Source: a virus (taxonomy: Duplodnaviria > Caudoviricetes). Taken from it: a DNA stretch of 34,197 nt. Shown here in pieces: positions 1 through 8,438 of the stretch. Made by a program: the position numbers and the translations under genes. How positions within the stretch are numbered: the first letter of the stretch is position 1; each line of letters begins with the position of its first letter. The notes beneath the pieces were generated by a model, which made no database searches, had not been told where the DNA came from, and was given only the letters and a program-made list of their open reading frames with translations. The DNA lies in the IMG/VR virus record IMGVR_UViG_3300020045_016851, positions 1-34,197 of that record. One strand, written 5' to 3'.

Positions 1-117
1 GTAGCGGACAAAGCCGGTCCCCATTTCGCCCACGCCGGTGCCCCAACTGGTCGTCTTTTCATTATGGCCGATCATGAACGGCGGGACGCCGAAAATGCGG
101 GCGATCTCCTCGATCTG
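1..117 (-). repeat. Exact 117-bp inverted copy of portal gene segment 2874-2990
   Basis: Bases 1-117 are the reverse complement of 2874-2990; identity breaks at 118/2873. Confidence 0.95.
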
Positions 118-396
118 GCGAAGGCCCAGCTGGTCCAGGTGACCGACAGCGAGCATGTCGCCGGGCTGGAACGGGTCGGCAAATGGTTGATGGTCGCGCT
201 CATGCTCGACAAGCGGCTGACGGAAATCGAGGACCGGTTCGGGATGAACCCGGCGGCGCGCCAACGACTGTTCCTCCAAATGGCGCAGGCGGTTTCGTCA
301 CCACAATTGCCGTTGAGTTCGGGCGCGCCCGACAAGACGCCAGCGGTGGCGCCGGTGGCAGAACAGGCAATGGAGCCGATCGGGCTCCTGAACTAA
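118..396 (+). CDS. terS: Terminase small subunit (P27-like), 5'-truncated
   Basis: C-terminal 'EDRFGMNPAARQRL' matches the P27-type FG(L/M)xPxxRxR motif; directly upstream of terL; the ATG at 64 lies in the inverted portal copy. Confidence 0.75.
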   Translation, partial: AKAQLVQVTDSEHVAGLERVGKWLMVALMLDKRLTEIEDRFGMNPAARQRLFLQMAQAVSSPQLPLSSGAPDKTPAVAPVAEQAMEPIGLLN

Positions 397-402
397 CGCA
401 CA

Positions 403-2001
403 ATGGCCAGTGCAGCGGTGGCAGCCGCCGCAGTCCAATGGTCGGACTGCGGGCGGTACTGGTATGACGAAAACACGGCCGAAAAGGCAGTCGCGTTTTT
501 CCCGCGCTGCCTGCGGTTCAGCAAGGGTGAATGGGCGGGCCGTCCGTTCCATCTGGAAAGCTGGCAGGCCGACGACATCATCCGCCCGTTGTTCGGGTGG
601 AAGCGCCTGGACGGGACGCGGCGTTACCGCCGCGCGATCATCTGGGTGCCGCGCAAGAATGGCAAGACCGAGCTGGCCGCCGGGGTCGCGCTGCTGGCGT
701 TGATGGGCGACAATGAGGCGGGGGCCGAGGTATATTCGTTCGCAACGAACGAGGACCAGGCCAAGCTGGTTTTTGATATCGCGACGGCGATGGTCGGTTC
801 ATCGCCGGTGTTGAGTTCGCGGCTTGAGCCTTACAAATCGGCGATTTTCTGCCCTGCGAACATGGGGTCGATCAAGGCGCTGACGGGCAAGGCGATCGGC
901 AAGCACGGGTTAAACCCGTCCGCGCTGATCGGCGACGAAGTCCATGAGTGGTCGGATTCCCGGCTGTATACGTTTTTGCACCAGGGCACGGCGGCCCGCC
1001 GGCAACCGATTGAATTCCTGATTTCGACGGCGGGCACGCGGGATGGCTATGGCTTTGAGCTATGGCAAGAATGTGAGCGCATACTGTCGGGCGATTATCA
1101 GGACGACGAAACGCTGGTTGTGGTCCACGCGGCCGCGCCCGAGGATGACTGGACCGACCCGGCGACCTGGGCGAAGGCGAACCCGAACCTCGGGATATCG
1201 CCGAAAATTGAATATATGCAGGCCGAATGCCTGAAGGCGCAGGAGAGCCCGCGCCGGGAAAATGATTTCAAGCGCTACCACCTGAATATCTGGACCGAGC
1301 AGGCGGTACGCTGGTTGCCGATCGATGCCTGGGACAAGGGGTCAAACGGCACGGACTGGCGGACGATGGCCGACCGGTTGGTCGGGCGGCGGTGCTTTGG
1401 CGGGCTGGACCTGTCGAGCACCCGCGATCTGACAGCTTACACGCTGGTATTCCCGCCGACCGGCGATGAAGCGGATTGGCAGGTGCTGGTACGAGCATTT
1501 GTTCCGGAAAACACGATCGACCAGCGCGTGCGGACCGACAAGGTGCCGTACGACCGATGGGCGCGCGAGGGCGCACTGGTGGCGACGCCGGGCAACGTCG
1601 TTGATTATGAATTCGTCAAGGCGTCGATCCTGAAGGATGCAGGGCTGTACGATATCGAGAAGATCGGCATCGACCGGTTTCTGGCCACACAGATTTCGAT
1701 CCAGCTGCGCGACGAAGGGGTCAACGCCGAGCTGATGGGGCAGGGTTATGTGTCCCTGACGGCGCCATCGAAGGAACTGGAACGCCTGGTCCTTGATGGA
1801 AAATGGAATACCGGCGGCCATCCGGTGGCGCGGTGGTGTGCTGGCAACGTCGCGATCGCGACCGACCCGGCCGGGAATATCAAGCCTGCCAAAGACAAGT
1901 CGACCGAGCGGATCGATGTCGTCGCGGCGATGGTCAACGCGCTGGGCGTGGCCCTGCAAGGAGAAGAAAACGTGCCGGCACCTGGGATCATCATCCTGTG
2001 A
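403..2001 (+). CDS. terL: Terminase large subunit
   Basis: Walker A 'VPRKNGKT', Walker B 'LIGDEVHE', 'ISTAG' coupling motif, nuclease 'GGLDLSSTRDLTA' and 'RIDVVAA'. Confidence 0.97.
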   Translation: MASAAVAAAAVQWSDCGRYWYDENTAEKAVAFFPRCLRFSKGEWAGRPFHLESWQADDIIRPLFGWKRLDGTRRYRRAIIWVPRKNGKTELAAGVALLALMGDNEAGAEVYSFATNEDQAKLVFDIATAMVGSSPVLSSRLEPYKSAIFCPANMGSIKALTGKAIGKHGLNPSALIGDEVHEWSDSRLYTFLHQGTAARRQPIEFLISTAGTRDGYGFELWQECERILSGDYQDDETLVVVHAAAPEDDWTDPATWAKANPNLGISPKIEYMQAECLKAQESPRRENDFKRYHLNIWTEQAVRWLPIDAWDKGSNGTDWRTMADRLVGRRCFGGLDLSSTRDLTAYTLVFPPTGDEADWQVLVRAFVPENTIDQRVRTDKVPYDRWAREGALVATPGNVVDYEFVKASILKDAGLYDIEKIGIDRFLATQISIQLRDEGVNAELMGQGYVSLTAPSKELERLVLDGKWNTGGHPVARWCAGNVAIATDPAGNIKPAKDKSTERIDVVAAMVNALGVALQGEENVPAPGIIIL

Positions 2002-3266
2002 CACTGCTGGGCGACCTGCGCTCGTGGCTGGTCGGCGATTGGCGGGATGGCCCGCAAGCGGCGGTCACCGACCTGCCGATCAGCATGGTCACGCGCGGGT
2101 CGGACCTGTTCGGGGCGTTTGGTGGCAACAGCGGTGCCCTGCCGGCGATGACCGAGCGAACGGCATTGATGGTCCCGACGATCTATGCCTGCGCGAACCT
2201 GATCGCCGGGGCGATTTCGGCACTGCCGATGCACCTGTACGACCGAAAGGTCGATGGGGAACGCACGCGGGTTCATAGCGATGCGCTGTGGTGGACGTTG
2301 AACGAGGAATTCTGCCCGCGCTGGGTGGCGTCGGCGGGTTGGGAATTCCTGGTCCTGTCACGGCTGTTTCACGGCGACGCGTTTGCCGAAATCCAGCGGC
2401 GTGGCAGCGTGGTCACCGGGCTGGTGCCGATTCATCCGGGGCGGGTGACAGTGGCGCCATGGTCGGACGGAACGCGGCTTGCCTATGCGATCCAGCCCGA
2501 TGTGTGGGCGACCGATCGCACGGTCCGTGTGTTTGACCAGGACGACATGCTGCACATCCCGGGGCTGGGATTTGATGGCTGCCGATCGCTGTCGATCCTG
2601 CAATATGCGCTGCGCATGCCGGGCGGGATCGCCACGGCGACGCAGAATTTCCAAGGCCAGTTTTTCAAGAATATGGCCCGGCCGGATTATGTCATTACCA
2701 TGCCCGGCGCACCAACCGCCGAAGGTGTCGCCCAGATGCGCGAACAGATCGACGCCAAGCATGGCTATGCCGCCGGGCAGGGCGGGCGGCCCATGCTGCT
2801 ATCAGGCGGGGTCGATATCAAGACGGTGTCGCTGTCGAACAAGGACGCCGAGCTGGCGGCGATGAGTGGTCTGCAGATCGAGGAGATCGCCCGCATTTTC
2901 GGCGTCCCGCCGTTCATGATCGGCCATAATGAAAAGACGACCAGTTGGGGCACCGGCGTGGGCGAAATGGGGACCGGCTTTGTCCGCTACGCGCTGCGGT
3001 CGCACCTGAACGCCTTTCAGAACGAGATCAACCGCAAGTTTTTCCGGACGCCGGCCAAGGTCGCCGAGTTCGACACGTTCGAGCTGGAGTCTGCGGACAT
3101 GAGGCAGCTGCTCGAGTCTTTCCGCGTGGCCATCGGGAGGGCCGGCGAGCCGGGTTTCATGACGGTCGACGAGGTCCGCGCGAAACTGAATTTGAACCGC
3201 ATGCCGGGAGGCGACACGCTGAACCCCGGCTTCACCACCTCGACAGGAGCCGGAAATGTCGCGTAA
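1998..3266 (+). CDS. HK97-family portal protein
   Basis: 'IYACANLIAGAISALP', 'MLHIPGLGFDG', 'EEIARIFGVPPFMIG'; GTG start overlaps the terL stop (GTGA). Confidence 0.95.
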   Translation: MTLLGDLRSWLVGDWRDGPQAAVTDLPISMVTRGSDLFGAFGGNSGALPAMTERTALMVPTIYACANLIAGAISALPMHLYDRKVDGERTRVHSDALWWTLNEEFCPRWVASAGWEFLVLSRLFHGDAFAEIQRRGSVVTGLVPIHPGRVTVAPWSDGTRLAYAIQPDVWATDRTVRVFDQDDMLHIPGLGFDGCRSLSILQYALRMPGGIATATQNFQGQFFKNMARPDYVITMPGAPTAEGVAQMREQIDAKHGYAAGQGGRPMLLSGGVDIKTVSLSNKDAELAAMSGLQIEEIARIFGVPPFMIGHNEKTTSWGTGVGEMGTGFVRYALRSHLNAFQNEINRKFFRTPAKVAEFDTFELESADMRQLLESFRVAIGRAGEPGFMTVDEVRAKLNLNRMPGGDTLNPGFTTSTGAGNVA

Positions 3267-4035
3267 GCCGCTGTTTAATTTGCTGGCCCAGAATGCCCGC
3301 AAGGGCGCAATCCGCGCAGACGCCAGCGACAACACCATCTGGCTGTATGACGTGGTTGTCGGGTCAGATGACGAGGCGGAGTGGTGGGGCGGTGTCAGCC
3401 CAGAGGCGTTTGCCAAGACGCTGCGCACGATGTCGGGGCCGGTCACGTTGCGGATCAATTCGCCCGGCGGCGACGTGTTCGCCGGTATCGCGATTGCGCA
3501 GGCGATCCGCGAATATGCCGATGGCGTCACGGTCAAGATCGACGGACTAGCCGCATCGATCGCCAGCGTGATTGCCATCGCCGGCCGTGAAGTCACCGCC
3601 GCGCCGGGATCGTTCGTGATGATCCACAAGGCGTGGACGATGATGATCGGGAATAGCGACGACCTGACGCGAGAGGCGGCGCTGCTGGAAAAGGTCGACG
3701 GGTCGCTGGCGGGGCAATATCTGGCCAAGGCAGGCGATGGCACCGACTGGGTGGCGGCGATGAAGGCGGAAACCTGGTACACCGCCGAGGAAGCTGTCGC
3801 GGCGGGCCTGATCGACAGCATCATCGGCGTGGCCCCCGCGCAGGTGGCGCAGGCATGCTGGGACTTGTCAGCGTTTTCGAACCCGCCGGCACAGCACGGG
3901 CCGGTTGTGATTCCAGAGGCGGAACCGACACCGGCTGCAGAAACGGTGACCGAACCATCTGCCGAAACCATGAACAACGAGATTGCCGCCCGTCAGCGCG
4001 CCCTTGCGCTGGCGCTGAGGCTTCAAGCTGCCTGA
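3256..4035 (+). CDS. clpP: ClpP-like head maturation protease
   Basis: 'RINSPGGDVF', 'DGLAASIASVI', 'MIHKAW', 'ETWYTAEEAVAAGLID'; RBS AGGAG. Confidence 0.93.
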   Translation: MSRKPLFNLLAQNARKGAIRADASDNTIWLYDVVVGSDDEAEWWGGVSPEAFAKTLRTMSGPVTLRINSPGGDVFAGIAIAQAIREYADGVTVKIDGLAASIASVIAIAGREVTAAPGSFVMIHKAWTMMIGNSDDLTREAALLEKVDGSLAGQYLAKAGDGTDWVAAMKAETWYTAEEAVAAGLIDSIIGVAPAQVAQACWDLSAFSNPPAQHGPVVIPEAEPTPAAETVTEPSAETMNNEIAARQRALALALRLQAA

Positions 4036-4062
4036 GCGCGCTGCGCGAAGTCAGAAAACCCG

Positions 4063-4088
4063 GGGGCTGCGGAAACGTGGCCCCTTTT
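4063..4088 (+). terminator. GAAA-loop hairpin with short U tract upstream of the capsid gene
   Basis: GGGGCTGCG-GAAA-CGTGGCCCC-TTTT (two G-U pairs). Confidence 0.5.
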
Positions 4089-4110
4089 CACATGAGAAAA
4101 GGAAAATGAC

Positions 4111-5331
4111 ATGTTGAGCATTCAAGCTCTTCGTGAGCAGCGCGATGCAGAAGCCGTCAAGCTTCAGGCGCTGGTCGGGAAAAAGGACTGGGACGCGGCG
4201 GTTGATCAGCCGGTCTATGATGCGGGCATCGCCGCGATCGACGATTTCGATGCCAAGATTTCGCGGATCCGCAAGGTCAACGACCTTGCCGCTTCGACGG
4301 CGCTGCAGAATGCGGTGCAGGACGCCACGCAGCGCAGCGCGCATGATCATGGCGCAACCCCTGCGCTCAAACTGTTCGATACCTGGCTGCGCGGCGGTGA
4401 CCGCGCCATCGAGGCGTCTGAGTGGCCGACGCTGCGCAACACCATGTCGACAACGACTGGCAGCGAAGGCGGCTTTACCGTCGCGACCGAAGTTGCCGAC
4501 AAGGTGCTGGAAGCGCTGAAGGAATATGGCGGCATGCGCGCCGTCGCGACAGTCATCCGGACGGCACAGGGCAATGGGATGCAGTTTCCGGCGTCCGATG
4601 GCACGTCGGAAACGGGCGAACTGGTTGCCCAGAATGCGGCAGCGACGGCCGCTGACATCGTGTTTTCGACCATCGCGCTGGATGTTTACAAATATTCGTC
4701 GAAGGTCGTCGCGGTGCCGATCGAACTGTTGCAGGACAGCTCGATCGATATCGAAGCCTTTGTCGTCAGCCGCCTGGCAACGCGCCTGGGCCGCATCACG
4801 AATACACACTTCACGACCGGCACCGGCACCAGTCAGCCGCGCGGGATCGTGACGGCGGCCGCTTCGGGCAAGGTGGGCACAACGGGTCAGACGCTGGCGG
4901 TAGTCTATGATGACCTGATCGACCTGCAGCATGCGGTCGATCCGGCCTATCGGGCGCTGGGCAATGCCGGGTTTATGATGCATGACAGTTCGTTGAAAGT
5001 GGTGCGCAAGGTCAAGGACGCGAACAACCGGCCGATCTTCGTGCCCGGTTATGAATTGAGCGTACCGGGTGGTTCGCCCGATACGCTGCTGGGCAGCCCG
5101 ATCACGATCAACCAGGACATGCCGGTCATGGCCGCGAACGCGAAGTCGATCATCTTTGGCGATTTCAGCTATTACACGATCCGCGACGCCATGATGATCG
5201 AGGTCCAGCGCTATACCGACAGCGCGTATGCCAAGCTGGGTCAGGTCGGTTTTCTGGCCTGGCTCCGTTCGGGTGGCAACCTGACTGATGTCGGCGGCGC
5301 CGTGAAATATTACCAGAATTCGGCGACGTAA
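4111..5331 (+). CDS. HK97-fold major capsid protein
   Basis: N-terminal coiled delta domain, 'EGGFTV', 'ELLQDSSIDIEAFV', 'GTGTSQPRGI', 'FGDFSYY'; RBS AAGGA. Confidence 0.97.
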   Translation: MLSIQALREQRDAEAVKLQALVGKKDWDAAVDQPVYDAGIAAIDDFDAKISRIRKVNDLAASTALQNAVQDATQRSAHDHGATPALKLFDTWLRGGDRAIEASEWPTLRNTMSTTTGSEGGFTVATEVADKVLEALKEYGGMRAVATVIRTAQGNGMQFPASDGTSETGELVAQNAAATAADIVFSTIALDVYKYSSKVVAVPIELLQDSSIDIEAFVVSRLATRLGRITNTHFTTGTGTSQPRGIVTAAASGKVGTTGQTLAVVYDDLIDLQHAVDPAYRALGNAGFMMHDSSLKVVRKVKDANNRPIFVPGYELSVPGGSPDTLLGSPITINQDMPVMAANAKSIIFGDFSYYTIRDAMMIEVQRYTDSAYAKLGQVGFLAWLRSGGNLTDVGGAVKYYQNSAT

Positions 5332-5338
5332 GAGCGCT

Positions 5339-5380
5339 GCCCGCGCGCGGGCGCTGCTCGCGCGCGGGTATTGATCTTTT
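5339..5380 (+). terminator. GC-rich hairpin after the capsid gene
   Basis: GCCCGCGCGCGGGC-GCT-GCTCGCGCGCGGGT followed by ATTGATCTTTT. Confidence 0.55.
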
Positions 5381-5401
5381 CCAGGCACAAGGAGGCCGAT
5401 C

Positions 5402-5638
5402 ATGGCTGAAACTATTCCAGAACAGGGCGCCCCGGCCCCGGTTACAGGCGCGGGCGCAGCGAAGGCGCGAGCCGTCACGGTTCGCGTGCTGGCCGATTAT
5501 GGCGAGCACAGGGCCGATGCTGTTATCGACCTGCCCGAAGCTGCGGCGGCGGCAGCGGTTGCTGCGGGCTGGGCCGATGCGTCCCCGGCGGCTGTCAAAT
5601 ATGCCCGCAAGGTCGTGACGGCCGAAACGGCCGCGTGA
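5402..5638 (+). CDS. Small hypothetical head-associated protein
   Basis: RBS AAGGAGG; Ala-rich 78-aa ORF in the usual post-capsid position. Confidence 0.75.
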   Translation: MAETIPEQGAPAPVTGAGAAKARAVTVRVLADYGEHRADAVIDLPEAAAAAAVAAGWADASPAAVKYARKVVTAETAA

Positions 5639-5655
5639 TCTGTACCGGGTCGCAC

Positions 5656-5691
5656 GGGGCAGGGTCATGCGCTTTTTCACGATCCTGCCCC
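5656..5691 (+). other. Intergenic hairpin
   Basis: GGGGCAGGGTCATG ... CACGATCCTGCCCC imperfect inverted repeat followed by an AT-rich stretch. Confidence 0.45.
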
Positions 5692-5714
5692 GATAATTAA
5701 AGAACGGACATTCG

Positions 5715-6296
5715 ATGAGTTTCACCATCAATCCGGCGACGCCGATCGATGGCGAGGCCGTGTTGCCACTGGTCGACGCCAAGGCGCATCTGCGCGTGCT
5801 GGACGACGACGAAGATGCGCTGATCGAGGCGCTGCGCACGGCGGCGATCGACTGGATCGAGCGGCATTGCGGCGTCGCGCTGGGCCGGCGGTCGTTCGTG
5901 CTGTCACACAGCGACGGGGGTTTTTGGGGCGCAGCGCCGCTGCGCCTGCCGATCGGCCCGGTGATTTCGGTCGAGGGGGTCGGTTATCTCGACAGCGCGG
6001 GCACGGTCCAGGCGCTGGTCGCGGTCACCGACTGGCGACTGGCCAGCAATGCGCTGGTGCCGGTCGCGGGCGGGATATGGCCTGCCACATTATGCGGGCC
6101 CGGCGCGATCACGGTCAGCTTCACGGCGGGTTATGCCGATGCGCTGGCCGAAGCGCCGGCGCTGGTCGCCGCGGTCAAGATGCTGCTGGGCCATTTGTAC
6201 AAGTTCCGCGAAGCCGTGATTTCAGGGGTGTCGATCAGCGAAGTTCCGTTCGGGGTCACGGCGCTGTGCGCGGCCTACCGGGGGCAGGTGCTGTGA
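5715..6296 (+). CDS. Head-tail connector (gp6-like)
   Basis: 'LVDAKAHLRVLDDDEDALIEAL', 'AVKMLLGHLYKFREAV'. Confidence 0.9.
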   Translation: MSFTINPATPIDGEAVLPLVDAKAHLRVLDDDEDALIEALRTAAIDWIERHCGVALGRRSFVLSHSDGGFWGAAPLRLPIGPVISVEGVGYLDSAGTVQALVAVTDWRLASNALVPVAGGIWPATLCGPGAITVSFTAGYADALAEAPALVAAVKMLLGHLYKFREAVISGVSISEVPFGVTALCAAYRGQVL

Positions 6297-6616
6297 TGCT
6301 GGCGGCGGGTGACCTGAACCGCCGGGTGACGATCGAGCGCTATCTGGATGTCGCGAACGAAGCCGGTGGTTTCACGCGCCACTGGTCAAAACTGCGCGAC
6401 GCCTGGGTCAAGGCGACGCCGGTTGGTGGAAAGGAAGCGATTGTCGCAGGGACGCTGCAGGCGCGCCAGCCCTGGCGGATCGAAATGCGGCGTGGTTCGA
6501 TCCGAACCGAGGACCGGGTCAGGATGGGCGCCGCGCTGTTGCAAATCCTGTCGATTGCCGATCCCGATGGGCGGGGTGAAGCCTTGCTGCTCTTTTGTGA
6601 AACGGGGTTCGACTGA
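6296..6616 (+). CDS. Head closure / head-tail adaptor (SPP1 gp16-like)
   Basis: 'MLAAGDLNRRVTIER'; TGATG coupling; position in neck module. Confidence 0.88.
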   Translation: MLAAGDLNRRVTIERYLDVANEAGGFTRHWSKLRDAWVKATPVGGKEAIVAGTLQARQPWRIEMRRGSIRTEDRVRMGAALLQILSIADPDGRGEALLLFCETGFD

Positions 6617-7080
6617 TGGCGAAATCACGGGTTGAAGGCGCGTCGGCACTGATGCGCACGATCAGGCTGTTGCCCGAAACCGCGCGCGAGGAGCTGGGCG
6701 ATGCCCTGTTCCTGATCGGCCAGCGCCTGCTCGGTCGGGCGAAGGCCGGAACGCCGGTCAAGACTGGCAGGTTGCGCAATGCGCTGTCGTCCAAGGTGGC
6801 GCGCAAGTCGTTGAACCTGCGGTTGGGGCTGGTGACGAAATCGGCGCAGCGCAAATTCTTTTACGGTTATATCCTTGACAGTGGGCGAAGGGCGCGGACG
6901 GCCAAGGTGACGCGGCGAACGGCCGGCGGGGTGTCAAGCTATGCGATGCGGGTGCGGGGCATCTCGCGGGCGCGTTATGACATAGTGTTCGACCGCAGGC
7001 GCGATTTGCAGACCAACGAGATTCCCGAACTGCGAAATGTGCTGGACCGGGTACTGGGCCGGGCGGCACGCGGTGAGTGA
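6616..7080 (+). CDS. HK97 gp10-like tail completion protein
   Basis: 'AKAGTPVKTGRLRNAL' motif; basic protein; position. Confidence 0.82.
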   Translation: MAKSRVEGASALMRTIRLLPETAREELGDALFLIGQRLLGRAKAGTPVKTGRLRNALSSKVARKSLNLRLGLVTKSAQRKFFYGYILDSGRRARTAKVTRRTAGGVSSYAMRVRGISRARYDIVFDRRRDLQTNEIPELRNVLDRVLGRAARGE

Positions 7081-7462
7081 TTTGCAACAGGCGCTCGAAA
7101 AGGCGCTGTTCGACCGGCTGACGGCAGCGGTCACGCTGGCCACGGTATTCCAGCATGTGCCCGAAAATCATGCGCCGCCAGTGGTGATTATCGCGGACAT
7201 GAATGTCGATGATCAGGGGTCGAAGGACGCGCCGCTGGACCGGTTCGAATTCGAAATCGTGGCGGTGGTGCATGGCCCGGCGCGCGCGCCACTGAACGCG
7301 TTGCAGGCCGAAATCCGCGCGGCGCTGGACCGGTGGCAGCCGGCACCGGCGGGCGCGGTCACGTTTGGCGCGGTTTCGTTCCTGACGGGCAGCGGCAACC
7401 TGCTGCCCGAAGAAATAATCTATTACGGCACGCAACGGTTTGCGTGTTTTGTTCAAGGCTGA
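7073..7462 (+). CDS. Tail terminator (DUF3168-like)
   Basis: 'LQQALEKALFDRL...VFQHVPENHAPPVVII'; GTG start; precedes tail tube gene. Confidence 0.8.
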   Translation: MSDLQQALEKALFDRLTAAVTLATVFQHVPENHAPPVVIIADMNVDDQGSKDAPLDRFEFEIVAVVHGPARAPLNALQAEIRAALDRWQPAPAGAVTFGAVSFLTGSGNLLPEEIIYYGTQRFACFVQG

Positions 7463-7474
7463 TGGAGGCACAAA

Positions 7475-7909
7475 ATGGCGACGAAGCTTGGCAATGACTA
7501 CCGGTTGTGGATCGAGGGGCTGACGCTCGGCACTTATGCGATGATCAAGGGCCAGCAGTCGCTGAGCTATGATCGCAAGGCCAACACGATCGACATTTCT
7601 ACGAAGGACAATTCGCCCTATGCCGCGACAGCAGCGGGGTTGTTCGATGTGTCGATTTCGCTCGATGGCATTGCCGACCTGCCTGACGCGACCGGATTCA
7701 CATTGCTGGAAACCGCGTTCAAGGCACAGACGGGCAAGAAATTCCAGATCCGCAAGGCGGGTGCGGCGGGTGTCTCGCCCGGCGACGTCGTGTTCGAGGG
7801 CACCTGCAATATTTTGGGCCTGCCGATTGAATACGGCCAGAACGACGCAGTGAAATACAAGCTGTCGCTTGGCCTGGCCGTCGCGCCGACAACCGATGCG
7901 CTGTCCTGA
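7475..7909 (+). CDS. Major tail tube protein (TP901-1/GTA-type)
   Basis: 'TIDISTKD', 'SISLDGI', 'DAVKYKLSL'; RBS GGAGG. Confidence 0.88.
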   Translation: MATKLGNDYRLWIEGLTLGTYAMIKGQQSLSYDRKANTIDISTKDNSPYAATAAGLFDVSISLDGIADLPDATGFTLLETAFKAQTGKKFQIRKAGAAGVSPGDVVFEGTCNILGLPIEYGQNDAVKYKLSLGLAVAPTTDALS

Positions 7910-8316
7910 TGACGGGCGAGGCAAACGCCGTGCGCGGCGAAGTGGCATTGACGCTGGACGGCGAGGAATTTGTCCTGCGGCCGACCTATGACGCGATCGT
8001 CGCTTTTGAAGATGCGACGGGGCGGGGGCTGGTCACACTCGCCCAGTCGGCGAGCGATGGGTCAATGCGATTGCCGGAGGCAGCGGCAATCGTGACCGCC
8101 TGTGTTCGCGCCTGGGGGCAGGTGACCGGTAACACGGGGGCCCGGGGCGTCAATGCCAAGCGCATCGGCGAACTGATCCTTGAAACGAAGGGCGGGTTGA
8201 TGGTCGTGCTGATCCGCCTGGCGGCGATGCTGCTGCATGCGGCCAGTGGTGGGTACACCGCGTCGGGGGAAGTGAAGGCGGCGTCGGATATGAAGGCGAC
8301 CCCCGCCGCCGCCTGA
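7909..8316 (+). CDS. Tail assembly chaperone (gpG / GTA-gp10-like)
   Basis: 'ANAVRGEVALTLDGEEFVLRPTYDAIVAFEDATG'; between tube and tape measure genes. Confidence 0.85.
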   Translation: MTGEANAVRGEVALTLDGEEFVLRPTYDAIVAFEDATGRGLVTLAQSASDGSMRLPEAAAIVTACVRAWGQVTGNTGARGVNAKRIGELILETKGGLMVVLIRLAAMLLHAASGGYTASGEVKAASDMKATPAAA

Positions 8317-8438
8317 TGGGCATTGCGATTGTGCGGATGAACTGGCGGCCGGAGGATTTCTGGCGCGCCACGCCGCATGAATTCTGGTCGGCGATCGAAG
8401 TTTTCGAAGAACAGCAAAGGAATAGCCGTGGCGGATGA
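8316..8438 (+). CDS. Tail assembly chaperone, gpT-like part (40 aa, not in ORF track)
   Basis: Hand translation MGIAIVRMNWRPEDFWRATPHEFWSAIEVFEEQQRNSRGG; WxPxxFWxATPxE motif; -1 frame relative to gpG. Confidence 0.8.
   Translation: MGIAIVRMNWRPEDFWRATPHEFWSAIEVFEEQQRNSRGG

Noticed and set aside
64-117. ATG at 64 as terS start
   Set aside because: Lies in the inverted portal copy; the peptide is antisense portal sequence
1803-1997. N-terminal extension of the portal ORF
   Set aside because: Overlaps terL; GTG at 1998 gives the usual GTGA coupling
2802-7948. Long antisense ORFs (e.g. 2802-3977, 4051-5478, 6758-7948)
   Set aside because: Shadow ORFs of high-GC coding genes; no motifs or RBS
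7475-8438. Gene transfer agent cluster
   Set aside because: GTA-like tail genes are present, but int, att, repressor and replication genes show a true temperate phage
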